From positions 659 to 64,658 of IMG/VR virus record IMGVR_UViG_3300025944_000001: a stretch of 64,000 bases of DNA, one strand, 5' to 3'. The notes under the pieces were generated by a model that did no database searches, was not told the DNA's origin, and was given only the letters and a program-made list of their open reading frames with translations. This document shows positions 18,162 to 27,869 of the stretch, piece by piece; positions within the stretch are counted from its first letter, which is position 1, and each line of letters begins with the position of its first letter. The stretch is from a virus. Taxonomy: Duplodnaviria; Caudoviricetes. The position numbers and the translations under genes are program-made.

Positions 18162-19196
18162 TTAGGCGACGACTTTGATATTGTAGAGTCGGCCGACCGC
18201 ACGAGTGTGCGACTGCCAGAGGCCGACGCCCCAGTCGATCAGTGCGTTGACCATCACGCCATTCGACGGATCAACGCCCAGGTTCTGAGGCTTCAGCTCG
18301 CAGTCCTGCCAACCCGCAAACGTGTCCTTGCCGTAGCGCACGCCGAAAATAGACGCGTACTTGGAACCCGACACATAGTCGGTGCCGTCGATAGCCTCGT
18401 CTCCGAGCACCTGCGTGGTCTGGTCGACTTTGCGGCCCGCGCGGCGAATCTTGGCGTTGCGGTAGTACTCGATCTCACGGCCAAACGCATCCTTCTGCGT
18501 ATTGAAACCGCCGCCCGCCCCCAGCGACCGGATCGCCCGCAGGAACTTAATACTCATGCGCTCGTTCATATACAGAACGACATTCGTCCCGTCGGGCGCG
18601 TTCATGTTGATAAGCAACTGGTTAACGCCGTCGATGACGTCGTTAGCCGTCGACGCGGTCACAGCCGATAGGTCAATCGTGGTGGTGGCGATTGTGTTGC
18701 CATTGATCGCCATATCGGACGCTACGCCGTACTGCTGGTAGTTCGCGATGCGCGTCTTGAGGCCGACGGGCGCGTTGTTATCGTGCCCGGTAGCTCCGTC
18801 GTGTGCGTTGTTGAAGAAGATGTTGTTCCACGTGTAGGCCCATGCCTCCATCCACGCGTTGAACTGAATCTCCATCGGGTCTTGGATTGCGTTCTTTTCG
18901 CGAAGGAACCGCTTCTCCATCTGGAACTGGCTGGAGACAATGTACAACTGCTCCTGCCACGGAGTCGGCTGACCCTTGGTGATGGTCGGCAACTGGTTAA
19001 GCTGACGCCACGCGGGGACCGGGAGGTTGTCGATGAACCGAATACCGTTCTGCATGAGCGTCTGTGACGTCACGAGAGGAATATCGTCCACAAGGTTGCC
19101 GACGTCGAACAGCGACATAACGATCTTGGTAACCAGAGGATCGTTCCGCATGTTCGCGTAGTCGACAAGTGTTAAGGCGTTTGAGTCAACGGCCAT
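18162..19196 (-). CDS. Major capsid protein (344 aa)
   Basis: Portal-scaffold-capsid synteny and size; PVPAWRQLNQ and PVGLKTRI segments resemble HK97-fold podophage capsids. Confidence 0.75.
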   Translation of the reverse strand: MAVDSNALTLVDYANMRNDPLVTKIVMSLFDVGNLVDDIPLVTSQTLMQNGIRFIDNLPVPAWRQLNQLPTITKGQPTPWQEQLYIVSSQFQMEKRFLREKNAIQDPMEIQFNAWMEAWAYTWNNIFFNNAHDGATGHDNNAPVGLKTRIANYQQYGVASDMAINGNTIATTTIDLSAVTASTANDVIDGVNQLLINMNAPDGTNVVLYMNERMSIKFLRAIRSLGAGGGFNTQKDAFGREIEYYRNAKIRRAGRKVDQTTQVLGDEAIDGTDYVSGSKYASIFGVRYGKDTFAGWQDCELKPQNLGVDPSNGVMVNALIDWGVGLWQSHTRAVGRLYNIKVVA

Positions 19197-19210
19197 TTTT
19201 GTTGTCCTTT

Positions 19211-19240
19211 AAATGAAACAAGCCACCCGTAAAGGCGGCT
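19211..19240 (-). terminator. Hairpin between scaffold and capsid genes (weak terminator or mRNA-stabilising stem)
   Basis: Minus strand AGCCGCC-TTTACG-GGTGGCT then TGTTTCATTT. Confidence 0.4.
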
Positions 19241-19271
19241 CGGTAGGTTTCGATTCGGTTATATGGATCGG

Positions 19272-20285
19272 CTAGCCGTAGTTCTTACGCATGCCGAGTA
19301 GGTCACTAATAAGTGTGCCCTTGGCCTGTTGTGCAGACATCTTGGGCACCTGCACAGGCGGTGTTCCGCCCCCACGCCCTTCGGCTGGCGGTGCGCCGTT
19401 CCCGTTCGCGGCACGTCGCTCATTATTGGCGATGACGGCGTTCTTGCCTGCCGCCGAAGCGGTAAGCTTGAGGATCGGCGCGAAGTCGGCAATCGCCTGT
19501 GGATGACCGACCTTGCGGACGGTCTTTTCGAACTCCGTAATGGCGTTCGCGTCGACGCCTGCGGCGCGCAAGTCTGCCGAAGCGGTAGCGAGCGCAGTGT
19601 CAAGGTTGCGCGTGGTCTCGTAGCTTGCCTGCGTTCGGCGTATCTCCTGTAGCGCCTGGGCGCTTGCGTTGGAGATTGCCTGCGCACTAAGGGCGATACG
19701 CTTGCTCTCGACGAGCTGGTCACGAACCGACTCGCTGATTTCATCCATGGCGACGCGGGCGTTCTGTTCCGCTTCGTACTGGCTCAGTTCGTTGGTCGCG
19801 CGCAGGACGTTCTCAGCCGTGCCGTAATTGTTCGCCTCGGCCCAAGCCTGGGCCTGCTTGAACTCCTCGACACTGACACCGGCAGCGCGGGCGCGGTTGT
19901 AAATCGCAATCTCGCCCTGCTGCTCCTGCCACTCCTGTTCGCGCTTCGTATTGCGCTCACGCTCTTGGGCAAGTTCCTGCTCAAGCGTCTGAGCCTTAGC
20001 GTTCACCTGGTCGAAGCGGTCGCGCGGAATAAACTTCTCGCGCTCGGCCTTCTGTTCAGGTGTTTCATCCGCATCGGTCGTGTCGACATCCGCATTTTCC
20101 GTCTGCGCGGTGTCCTCGGCCTTCTCAGTGACGACCTGAGAGGCGTTCGCGTTGTCCGTTGCGTTTACGTCGACGACATCCCCGAAGGCGTTCTGAAACA
20201 TCTCTTCGGCTGGTGTCTGCTGCTGTGTGCTATCCGTGGGCGGCACGGTAGCTATGTTTTCCGCCCCTTGAATCTCATCTGGCAT
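19272..20285 (-). CDS. Scaffolding protein (337 aa)
   Basis: Acidic disordered N-terminus, IPRDRFDQVNAK motif and long coiled coil, between portal and capsid genes. Confidence 0.75.
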   Translation of the reverse strand: MPDEIQGAENIATVPPTDSTQQQTPAEEMFQNAFGDVVDVNATDNANASQVVTEKAEDTAQTENADVDTTDADETPEQKAEREKFIPRDRFDQVNAKAQTLEQELAQERERNTKREQEWQEQQGEIAIYNRARAAGVSVEEFKQAQAWAEANNYGTAENVLRATNELSQYEAEQNARVAMDEISESVRDQLVESKRIALSAQAISNASAQALQEIRRTQASYETTRNLDTALATASADLRAAGVDANAITEFEKTVRKVGHPQAIADFAPILKLTASAAGKNAVIANNERRAANGNGAPPAEGRGGGTPPVQVPKMSAQQAKGTLISDLLGMRKNYG

Positions 20286-20295
20286 GAAGTTTGGA

Positions 20296-20847
20296 TTATT
20301 CTCCAGTGTTCGGTATCCAGCCCTGTTGCTTGGATAAACTTTGCGCCACTTTTACACGGTGCTCATTCGCGGCGGCTGTGTCAGGCCCGAAGTCGGCTAA
20401 CGTGATTTCGCGCGGCTCCGATTCGGTCGTTACGAACGTCACGGCCCCGCCGTTAACGCAGAGTTGACCGACCATCTCACACGGGTACCACTTGCCGTCG
20501 ACGGCGGCGACCCAACCCGGCACGTCGGTATCGGGCGCTACCGACGGCACGAACGCGTCGGGTTTCGGCGCGTCAGGATGCCAGGACGCAAGCGCTATGA
20601 CTTCCTGCCGCTTGTTTCGCTCGTTCTGGCTGTCTGGGTCGTTCGTGTCCGACGCAAGGCGCATCGGCTGCCACATCTGGCGCGGCAACGCGGGCGATAT
20701 CTGCCCCTCGCGCGGCCGACCAAGACGATCGTTGAGCGCATCGGACGATTCGCCCGACGCGACGCCGCTGATGTCGGCCTGGTTGTCACCGACGGCGAGT
20801 ATGTCGGGGTCGATACGTCGCACCCCCGGTGTAGGCATTGCTGGCAT
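20296..20847 (-). CDS. Hypothetical head-region protein (183 aa)
   Basis: In-operon ORF with normal codon usage. Confidence 0.55.
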   Translation of the reverse strand: MPAMPTPGVRRIDPDILAVGDNQADISGVASGESSDALNDRLGRPREGQISPALPRQMWQPMRLASDTNDPDSQNERNKRQEVIALASWHPDAPKPDAFVPSVAPDTDVPGWVAAVDGKWYPCEMVGQLCVNGGAVTFVTTESEPREITLADFGPDTAAANEHRVKVAQSLSKQQGWIPNTGE

Positions 20848-20851
20848 ACGG

Positions 20852-21022
20852 TTACATTCCCATCATTTTGCGGTACGGCGCGGCCTTTGCCTTCGCCCCC
20901 GACGTAGCGCCGGGGCTGGTGGCCTTTGCGGCCGGTCCACCACCGCTCGACATCTTCGACAGTTTCGAGGCGTTCGACTGCTGCGTGCCGCCCTTGGCGG
21001 TAAACAATCTGTGCTTCTTCAT
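20852..21022 (-). CDS. Small basic protein (56 aa)
   Basis: MKKHRLFTAKGGTQQSNASKLSKMS...PYRKMMGM; overlaps the portal stop; below the ORF-track cutoff. Confidence 0.5.
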   Translation of the reverse strand: MKKHRLFTAKGGTQQSNASKLSKMSSGGGPAAKATSPGATSGAKAKAAPYRKMMGM

Positions 21023-23319
21023 GACTTAGTTCCTTTCGATGCGCCACCGGGCGCGGTAGGCTTTGGCGCAGGCACCTTGCCCGTAAGCCCGTACTGTTGC
21101 TTCTCCAACTCAACGACGGCCGTCGGGTCCATCGTACCGGTCAATGTCGGCATAGTGCGCTCGACATGGTCCATAGCGGCCTCATGGTGGTGGTCCGCTT
21201 GCTGCTGGGCCAACGCTTCTTGGTGGTCCTGTGCCGACTTCGCCGCGTCCACTTGTGCGTTGAACTGTGCGGTCGCCTGAGCGAGTCGGATCTTGTTGTC
21301 GGTAGCGTGGTCGTCGATGGCATTGGCCTTCTGCTCGTCAATCGCCGCCATCATGCCGTAGTGCTCCTGGTCAGCCTGCTGCTTCATCTGCTCGGCCTGT
21401 TGCGCCTGTTGCTGTTGCTGCGCGGCGGCGACCTCGGGGGGCGGCGTGTTTGCCATGATCGTTGCGTACGCTTCGTCGATGCGGTCGGTGAACGTGTCCG
21501 ACCGGGCGAGGCCGAGTTCGTCGGCAACCATCTTGAGCACAGGCAACATCTGAGGAGTAAAGAACCCCTTCGCCGCCATGTCGAGGATCTGCTGAGACTG
21601 CGCGGCAGGGGTCTTGGGCGTGGCCGAACCCGGCACCACCTCGATACGCACCTGCCCGCCCTTCGTCAGCCCCTCGAACACCTTGACGGCCGTCGCCACG
21701 TCGAGTGCGGCGTTATCATCCGTAGGCGCTTGCTGAGGTGCCTGTGCACCCATAGGAGGCGGTTGCGGCCCCTGCTGCGGCATTGGCGGTGCTTGGGGCG
21801 GCGTTAGCGCTTTCTCGGGCAGCGTGGACACGGCAACGAGGCGCGGCTCACTGTAGAACTGCGACACTAGCGCGATTTCCCATTCCGCTCGCTTCTTCTG
21901 TGCCGTCTCGATGCACGTGACGAACTCAGACATCTGCGTCTGGTCAGACTGCTGCAACAACTCGATAGCATTACCGGCCGTCACGCCCGCTGGCACCGAC
22001 CCGTTCGATACCTCGTGAACGCCGCTGATGTCCTCCATCTGCGAGCGTATGAAGTTCGCATAGGACAGCAACGCTTCGTTGAACGGTGACGGCTGGAACA
22101 CTTGCGGTATGAACCCCGGTTCGTGTTTGACCCGCCGTAGTGCCGATGGGGATTCGTAGTCGTTGTCCGCGCCCGTTTCCGCCCCGCGCGGCTCCAAGAT
22201 CAGCACCTTGTCGTTGTCGATGCGGTCCTGCATTCGCGACACGGCCTTGTTGAAGGCCATCTGCGGCTTCACCAACCGGGTTACGGCGTTGAGCGACCAC
22301 AGCCCGCGCGGGCGCTTCTCGTACGTCAGCGGCACGAACGGAAACTCGTCGTTCTTTTTGTACGGCCAATCGACCTGGTTCGGCTCGGTCAGCAGGACGT
22401 CGCCTGCGACACGGATCAGTCGGCCCTTTGGATAGCGCGGTGACGGCAGTTCCCAACACTCGTACACGGTCGCCATCTTGAGGTCGGACGACGCGGGGAG
22501 AATGCTGTCGCCGTTGATGTTGTCGAGTCGCTGCTCGGCCCAATTGTTCGACGCATCGCCCTTCGAGAGAGAGCCTTCGACGAGGTACCCGCGCTTGCCG
22601 TACTTCGACTGAATGTACGACAACGGCCGGTCCTTCGCATGGATCAGCCACGTGACCTCGTTCCAGTTTCGCGCGGCCGGGTCGGGGAACACCTCAAACG
22701 GCGGTACGACGATTTCGTCGATGTCGCCGAGTTCCTGGTACTCCGCTATCCCCTTCGTGGTAGGCGCGAGGATCTTAGCCGTCGAATCCCATATGACTTT
22801 GAGGAACGTGGTCGACGCAGATAGGACGCTATCGACCCATTCGAGGGACTGCTCCTGACGATTGAACAGGCCGTCGTAGTGTGCGAGTATGTCCCGCGCC
22901 TCGGCGGCGGCGAGGCGGTCGATGCGTGACGACGTCAGCGGCTTGACCGACGCATCGGGCTTCGACATCGTCGCCCGCGCTTTGAGCTTGCGCAAGAGGT
23001 GGTCGATGACGTCGATGGTCGCATAGTTGCGCTTGTTGTCGTCGGGGTCGCGCAGGTCGAACAGTTCACCGCGCCGCCACTCAACCCACTGATTGCCCAT
23101 GCGGAACGCCTGACAAATCAGCCACTCGCGCACATGGATCTGCTTGACGGCAGACGCCGACGTAAAGCGGTTCTTGACCAGTTGCACGAGTTCGAACTCG
23201 TCCTCGACGAGTTCGGGCTTCTCGATGTGCAGGTCACCCGGCGAGACGTCCGAATCGACGTTGGACGGGTCGATCTGCGAGAACATCGCGCGTGCTGATT
23301 TAAAGGCGTTCTGGATCAT
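21019..23319 (-). CDS. Portal protein, P22-like (766 aa)
   Basis: Follows terL; SLNAVTRLVKPQMAFNKAVSRM, MEDISGVHEVSNG..TAGNAIELLQ and a Q-rich helical C-terminal barrel. Confidence 0.85.
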   Translation of the reverse strand: MIQNAFKSARAMFSQIDPSNVDSDVSPGDLHIEKPELVEDEFELVQLVKNRFTSASAVKQIHVREWLICQAFRMGNQWVEWRRGELFDLRDPDDNKRNYATIDVIDHLLRKLKARATMSKPDASVKPLTSSRIDRLAAAEARDILAHYDGLFNRQEQSLEWVDSVLSASTTFLKVIWDSTAKILAPTTKGIAEYQELGDIDEIVVPPFEVFPDPAARNWNEVTWLIHAKDRPLSYIQSKYGKRGYLVEGSLSKGDASNNWAEQRLDNINGDSILPASSDLKMATVYECWELPSPRYPKGRLIRVAGDVLLTEPNQVDWPYKKNDEFPFVPLTYEKRPRGLWSLNAVTRLVKPQMAFNKAVSRMQDRIDNDKVLILEPRGAETGADNDYESPSALRRVKHEPGFIPQVFQPSPFNEALLSYANFIRSQMEDISGVHEVSNGSVPAGVTAGNAIELLQQSDQTQMSEFVTCIETAQKKRAEWEIALVSQFYSEPRLVAVSTLPEKALTPPQAPPMPQQGPQPPPMGAQAPQQAPTDDNAALDVATAVKVFEGLTKGGQVRIEVVPGSATPKTPAAQSQQILDMAAKGFFTPQMLPVLKMVADELGLARSDTFTDRIDEAYATIMANTPPPEVAAAQQQQQAQQAEQMKQQADQEHYGMMAAIDEQKANAIDDHATDNKIRLAQATAQFNAQVDAAKSAQDHQEALAQQQADHHHEAAMDHVERTMPTLTGTMDPTAVVELEKQQYGLTGKVPAPKPTAPGGASKGTKS

Positions 23320-23576
23320 TGGCTAAGGTGAGGCAACACGCACTCGGTAATATACTGGGCTGTCTTTGACCGAAATGCTTCGGCAGACTCGACGTCTGCT
23401 CCATAGTTTGCTAACGTGGTCGATGACATATCCATAAAGACCGCTTCTACGCGGCCCACCTTTAGGACTAACCGTGCGATACCGTCGGCGCGGTGCCACT
23501 CACCCTTTACATCGGACACCCAACCTTTAGCCGCTTGGGCGCTCGGCAATACAGGGGTAAACGGAACATCCATCAT
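23316..23576 (-). CDS. Hypothetical protein (86 aa)
   Basis: Start reassigned to MMDVPF, coupled to both neighbours. Confidence 0.45.
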   Translation of the reverse strand: MMDVPFTPVLPSAQAAKGWVSDVKGEWHRADGIARLVLKVGRVEAVFMDMSSTTLANYGADVESAEAFRSKTAQYITECVLPHLSQ

Positions 23577-24082
23577 TACGCCCCCGTTATCGCATCGCAC
23601 TGCGCTTCGATCGATTGCGCCGCCGCGTATTGCTGCGGGGTCGTGTACCCGTGCTTGGCCTCGTGGACCGTCGCCTTCAGCCACGGCACGCAATCGGGCG
23701 CGATGTAGATGACGGCGTTACCGTCCGCTTCGGCGGCAGTAATCTGCGCCATACGTTCACCCGTTAGCGCGATTGTCTCGTTGGCGGTTTTGAGTTGGGC
23801 GTTGGCGATTTGTAAATGTTCCCAGTAGGCTTCCTTTTCGGCCTTAATCTCGCCGATATTAGCCTCCATCTGAACAATCCGCGCGCCGAGTGCCGCAAAC
23901 GACATGACCGCATCGGGCGCGGCCGTTTCGCCTTCGCGCAAGGCATCGGGTATAGGGCCGGGGTTAACGTTCGTCGCGTCCGTCACCTGCGCCTCGGGCG
24001 GCGTCGGCGTGACGGCGATTGTCTGCTCAGGCGCACGCATCGGGTTTATGCCTGACGGGTGGAATGTATCGTCTTTTTTCAT
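23576..24082 (-). CDS. Hypothetical coiled-coil protein (168 aa)
   Basis: In-operon ORF with central heptad pattern. Confidence 0.55.
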   Translation of the reverse strand: MKKDDTFHPSGINPMRAPEQTIAVTPTPPEAQVTDATNVNPGPIPDALREGETAAPDAVMSFAALGARIVQMEANIGEIKAEKEAYWEHLQIANAQLKTANETIALTGERMAQITAAEADGNAVIYIAPDCVPWLKATVHEAKHGYTTPQQYAAAQSIEAQCDAITGA

Positions 24083-24085
24083 AGG

Positions 24086-24253
24086 TTACGCGTACCACTT
24101 CTTTCTTCGGTGCAACAGGTCGACCGCGTCGAGCAGTCCCCGCTTCGTCGCCTCGCGGTTGAGGACGCGCGCAAGGGTCACCAGTACGGCGAGGAGGAGA
24201 ATGTTCGCAAGGGTCAACAGGATGATGCAGATGACGAGGAGGGTCAGCAACAT
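24086..24253 (-). CDS. Small membrane protein (55 aa)
   Basis: MLLTLLVICIILLTLANILLLAVLVTLARVLNR...; long hydrophobic helix with a basic tail. Confidence 0.5.
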   Translation of the reverse strand: MLLTLLVICIILLTLANILLLAVLVTLARVLNREATKRGLLDAVDLLHRRKKWYA

Positions 24254-24378
24254 GGGTACATCAGCCTAACTCTAAACCTACCTAACGCTAAGTAGAACGA
24301 ATCGCGCTTGAAGCATAGAAGCCTAAAACGCCGATTGCTACTCAGCCAAACACCAGATTCCCTGTGTTTCCCAAACAT
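24244..24378 (-). CDS. Small basic/aromatic protein (44 aa)
   Basis: GGAGG upstream of ATG; MFGKHRESGVWLSSNRRFRLLCFKRDSFYLALGRFRVRLMYPCC fills the gap after terL. Confidence 0.35.
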   Translation of the reverse strand: MFGKHRESGVWLSSNRRFRLLCFKRDSFYLALGRFRVRLMYPCC

Positions 24379-24403
24379 CAAAGATCAGCCGCCTCCAACA
24401 CGG

Positions 24404-26095
24404 CTATGCGTATCCGCCTCGCCCGCCGCGCTTGTGACCGACGAGGTACTGTTGTATCGATGACGTCGCGGTCGTCACGGCTGGTTCCGGTCCCGCTGGC
24501 TTCGGCCTCGTCATGATGGCATACCTGTCGGCGTCGAACAGGTCGTCGTCCATGTCCTTCTTGAGCATGTCACCGGGGCGTACCGGGTCGTGCTTCATCT
24601 GAGGGAACAATTCTAACATCTTGGCGTTGTAGCCGAGCCACACATGGTACTTACCGGGCGCTTGCAACCATTCGTGGTACCGGCTCCAACCGTGCAGGCG
24701 GTTATTGTTGGCTTCGAAGCATATGAGGCCCGCACGCCAGTAACATTCGATGTCGGCCTCGCCGACAATGTCACGGCGGTTGTTGTCCGTGAACATCGCA
24801 GGGTCGGCGGCTATCGAGCAACGCTTACGATCGACACCCCACCGCGCAAGGCAGGCGCATACCTCGCCACAGAACAGCGTCGGTGTCATACCCTCACGGA
24901 AGATGCTTTCGACGGTATGCATGCCGCCGTCTTCATCCATAGCCTTGAGCACGAACGCCGCCTTGCTTATGCCGTTCGCGTCGAGACCGCCGAACACGAT
25001 CCAGTTCGAGGGCAACGCGCCAACGTACGGGGCTGTGATAACGTGCTTGGGGTCGCTGCCGAACTCGGAGAAGAACGAGCCGCGACGGACGTTCCAGTCG
25101 CCACGAAGAAGCTGTGCGGCATTGACCGCGTCCTGCATGAGCAGGTTGGAAATATAGTCGGGGTCGGCTTCTTGCAGTTTGATATTGTCGTCAAGCTTCG
25201 ACGGCACGAAGGTTATAGACTTAGGCTTAGGGCGGTTACCATTGCTCTCAGCCGGGTAACGCCAGTCCTCATCAACCCATATGACTCGCTTATCGTCGTC
25301 GTTTGGGTCGCGAGCGATGTACCGTATCTCACCGGGTTCTGGCACCTCGGCATGGTACGTCGATCCGTCGGCCCGGTATGTGACGCGGTTCCATTCCGAA
25401 TCCACCCACGGGGCAATGATCCGCTTAACCCAACTCGCACCGTCCGGGTTCGTGCCTGCGCGTAGACGCTTCTTAACGCCTGCCATTGACCGCAGGCGGG
25501 AAATCATATACCAGAACTGGGCCTCGGTGAAATGCGTCAGCTCGTCGAAGTAAAACGCGTCGATTTCCGACGTCTGCCAGTCGAGGACATTCTTGTCATA
25601 TTGCAGGCTTGCGAACTGCCCTTCAGCACCAGACGGGAACTTCCATTTGTAGTTCGTTAGGTTTGGCTGGGCACCATACAGCGGGTAGAACTGCATTGAC
25701 TTATCAAACGGCCCACCGTTCTTGTTGATGTCTGTCTGCTGCCGCCGGAAGTAAACGAACCGGTACGCCTTGTTGTCGATATCCCTAACGCTGTCGAGGA
25801 ATACACCGAAGGTCTTGCCGCCGCCAGCCGCGCCGCCGAAGATGACGATGTCGGCCTCGCTGTCGAGGAACATCTGTTGCGGATGCACCTCCCCGTAGCG
25901 CGGATGGTCGGGCGGGTACGTCTGCGGCTTTGGCAGTTGCGCTCCGCCCCCCATCACGGCCGCGTCGACCTCGGCGGGCGTGAACCCGACCGCGTACGCG
26001 TCCTCTAGCGTCCTTCCCGGCACGGTGAGGAACGCGCGGCACTCGTCGACGATGCGCGGATCGGGCGGCGCGGGCGCTACTGTCTTGACCGGCAT
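24404..26095 (-). CDS. terL: Terminase large subunit (563 aa)
   Basis: Walker A FGGAAGGGKT, Walker B FYFDELTHF, coupling motif GTNPDG and RNase H-like C-terminus ending DDLFDADRY. Confidence 0.9.
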   Translation of the reverse strand: MPVKTVAPAPPDPRIVDECRAFLTVPGRTLEDAYAVGFTPAEVDAAVMGGGAQLPKPQTYPPDHPRYGEVHPQQMFLDSEADIVIFGGAAGGGKTFGVFLDSVRDIDNKAYRFVYFRRQQTDINKNGGPFDKSMQFYPLYGAQPNLTNYKWKFPSGAEGQFASLQYDKNVLDWQTSEIDAFYFDELTHFTEAQFWYMISRLRSMAGVKKRLRAGTNPDGASWVKRIIAPWVDSEWNRVTYRADGSTYHAEVPEPGEIRYIARDPNDDDKRVIWVDEDWRYPAESNGNRPKPKSITFVPSKLDDNIKLQEADPDYISNLLMQDAVNAAQLLRGDWNVRRGSFFSEFGSDPKHVITAPYVGALPSNWIVFGGLDANGISKAAFVLKAMDEDGGMHTVESIFREGMTPTLFCGEVCACLARWGVDRKRCSIAADPAMFTDNNRRDIVGEADIECYWRAGLICFEANNNRLHGWSRYHEWLQAPGKYHVWLGYNAKMLELFPQMKHDPVRPGDMLKKDMDDDLFDADRYAIMTRPKPAGPEPAVTTATSSIQQYLVGHKRGGRGGYA

Positions 26096-26358
26096 TAGTC
26101 GAACTTAATCTGCTTCAACGGCACGAGCACCCATGAAGCCTCTAGCTTCACCCATGCCTTCTTGCCGCGCTTACTGAGAAGAACGCCGCGCTCGCCCGTC
26201 GTCAACGTCACCGGCTTGCGAGGAGGGGCAACCGCCTCCTCTATTTCGTTGAGCGTGAAGCCGATGCGCAGCCCATCATCGAGCGTCGTTCCCGGCTTTC
26301 TCATGAAGGTGCGGCAAGTATCGACCAGACGTTGGTCAATTGAGGTCACTGTCGACAT
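26095..26358 (-). CDS. Hypothetical protein sharing its N-terminal domain with the TerL N-terminus (87 aa)
   Basis: DQRLVDTCRTFMRKPGTTLDDGLRIGFTLNEIEEAV aligns with TerL DPRIVDECRAFLTVPGRTLEDAYAVGFTPAEVDAAV; C-half is KOW/SH3-like. Confidence 0.6.
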   Translation of the reverse strand: MSTVTSIDQRLVDTCRTFMRKPGTTLDDGLRIGFTLNEIEEAVAPPRKPVTLTTGERGVLLSKRGKKAWVKLEASWVLVPLKQIKFD

Positions 26359-26408
26359 TCGGTCGTTCCTTTCGGCGCGGGCGCTACGACGTTACGGGCG
26401 GTCGGCAT

Positions 26409-26714
26409 TTAGTCCGCTTCAGTGAAGTCGATGTAGTACTGCTTGCCGAGCGTGAACGACTTCGCCGCCGTCTCGTTGATAGTGCCTAGCGACAGGCTAC
26501 CGCTCGGGGACGCCTGCCAGAACTTGGTGTTCTCGTGGTTCGGGTCGCCGTTGCCGTACACGGGCGACATCTCGACCGTGTAGAGGGTGCACGGTTCATA
26601 GGTCGCGTGACCTCGCTCATCCTTGACGGGCGCGCCGTCGGCGTCGAGAACTGCCTTGCTACTCAGAGTGTGCTTGACAGCGTTACAGGTGAACTTTGCT
26701 CGTACGGTGGGCAT
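26409..26714 (-). CDS. Conserved-looking phage hypothetical protein (101 aa)
   Basis: VRAKFTC...ENTKFWQASPSGSLSLGTIN..F..GKQYYIDF pattern. Confidence 0.6.
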   Translation of the reverse strand: MPTVRAKFTCNAVKHTLSSKAVLDADGAPVKDERGHATYEPCTLYTVEMSPVYGNGDPNHENTKFWQASPSGSLSLGTINETAAKSFTLGKQYYIDFTEAD

Positions 26715-26904
26715 GTTGATAGGTTCCTCTCATCGAAGGCGGTTGCGCAAACGGGTCCGACCTGGATTTATCCTGCTCGGCAGGGGTCATCTACACCATT
26801 TTCGTTTGACACCATTACCGTCGGTTTCGACCACCTTCTAGGTCATCCTTTGCGGGCGCGTCGACGGACACGCGAAATCGGCGTAACGGATTAGCGATTA
26901 GGGC

Positions 26905-26932
26905 TTGACATCGGGCGGTAGTGTGGTATAAT
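26905..26932 (+). promoter_or_regulatory. Strong sigma70-type promoter of a plus-strand moron
   Basis: TTGACA (26905-26910), 16 nt, TGG-TATAAT (extended -10, 26927-26932); AGGAG RBS before ATG 26977. Confidence 0.75.
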
Positions 26933-26976
26933 ATCTATGTTACTAAGAAGTTTTAACTAATTTAGGAGATTGAACA

Positions 26977-27219
26977 ATGCAAATCGACTTCACCGAGCAG
27001 CGCGCGGACACCATGCGCAACACACTGACCTACGCGTTTGCTGCGTACCCGGACCTAATCGAAGACTTTATTAAGGACATGCTCTCTGGCGACTGGCGCG
27101 GCGATACATTCGCTGACGGGTACCCGCTCTACTCTGCGCATACCTGCCGTGCATGGCGGGCTTGGTGCCTTCACTACGGGCACGCCGTTGAGCCGACTTA
27201 TCCACAACGCGCTGCCTAA
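26977..27219 (+). CDS. Moron hypothetical protein (80 aa)
   Basis: Clear promoter and RBS upstream. Confidence 0.6.
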   Translation: MQIDFTEQRADTMRNTLTYAFAAYPDLIEDFIKDMLSGDWRGDTFADGYPLYSAHTCRAWRAWCLHYGHAVEPTYPQRAA

Positions 27220-27267
27220 TCACCGATCCCGAGCCGCGCGGGTAAATCGCGGCAGGAGAAGGACACC

Positions 27268-27588
27268 ATGGAGTTTCGCTACAAAACTATATTCCGGCCC
27301 ATCGGCTTAAGTTGCCTACCGCAAGGAACCGAAGTCGTCTCTGTCGAACCTGCGGACAGCTACGCGCCTTATGGCTACTTCACTACCGCCGAACCAATCG
27401 AAGTCGCCGACATGAAGCACTTCGACGCATACGAGGCACCGAGAGTATTCGACCGGCCGTTCCCTGGGCAGTCGCGCCTTGAATACAATGGAGGCCCAAT
27501 ACTGTCGGACGGTGACACGAAACACGGTCACTTACTAGCTGACACCCGCGCTAATCGCCAAGCGAGAGGATTTTCATTAACGATATGA
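27268..27588 (+). CDS. DarA C-terminal-like domain protein (106 aa)
   Basis: FRYKTIFRPIGLSCLPQG...APYGYFTTAEPI resembles the Y-x-RP-x-GxxP-xG...YG-x-Y-x-L pattern of DarA_C; recognised by eye only. Confidence 0.4.
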   Translation: MEFRYKTIFRPIGLSCLPQGTEVVSVEPADSYAPYGYFTTAEPIEVADMKHFDAYEAPRVFDRPFPGQSRLEYNGGPILSDGDTKHGHLLADTRANRQARGFSLTI

Positions 27589-27869
27589 GCACCCAACCGG
27601 ATAACGATAAGCCCGCGCCGAAAAAGCGCGGGCCGAAGAAGGGCACCGTCAAGCGCCCCGATGTGTCTCAGGCGAACCGCGAGAAGCCGAACGACCCACG
27701 GTTCGCTCAGAATCCCGATAACGAACGCACCGTCCTAATCAGCGGGCGCGTCTCTCAGCCCGTCGCCGACAGGCTCGCCGCCGAAGGTCGCGGTTTGAAC
27801 AACGGCGAGCGCATCGAGCGCTTGGTACGTCGCGTTATTGACAGCGAGAACGGAGTAAACGAATGGTAA
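27585..27869 (+). CDS. Possible ribbon-helix-helix DNA-binding protein (94 aa)
   Basis: Basic N-terminus then RTVLISGRVSQPVADRLAAEGRGLNNGERIERLVRRVI. Confidence 0.45.
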   Translation: MSTQPDNDKPAPKKRGPKKGTVKRPDVSQANREKPNDPRFAQNPDNERTVLISGRVSQPVADRLAAEGRGLNNGERIERLVRRVIDSENGVNEW

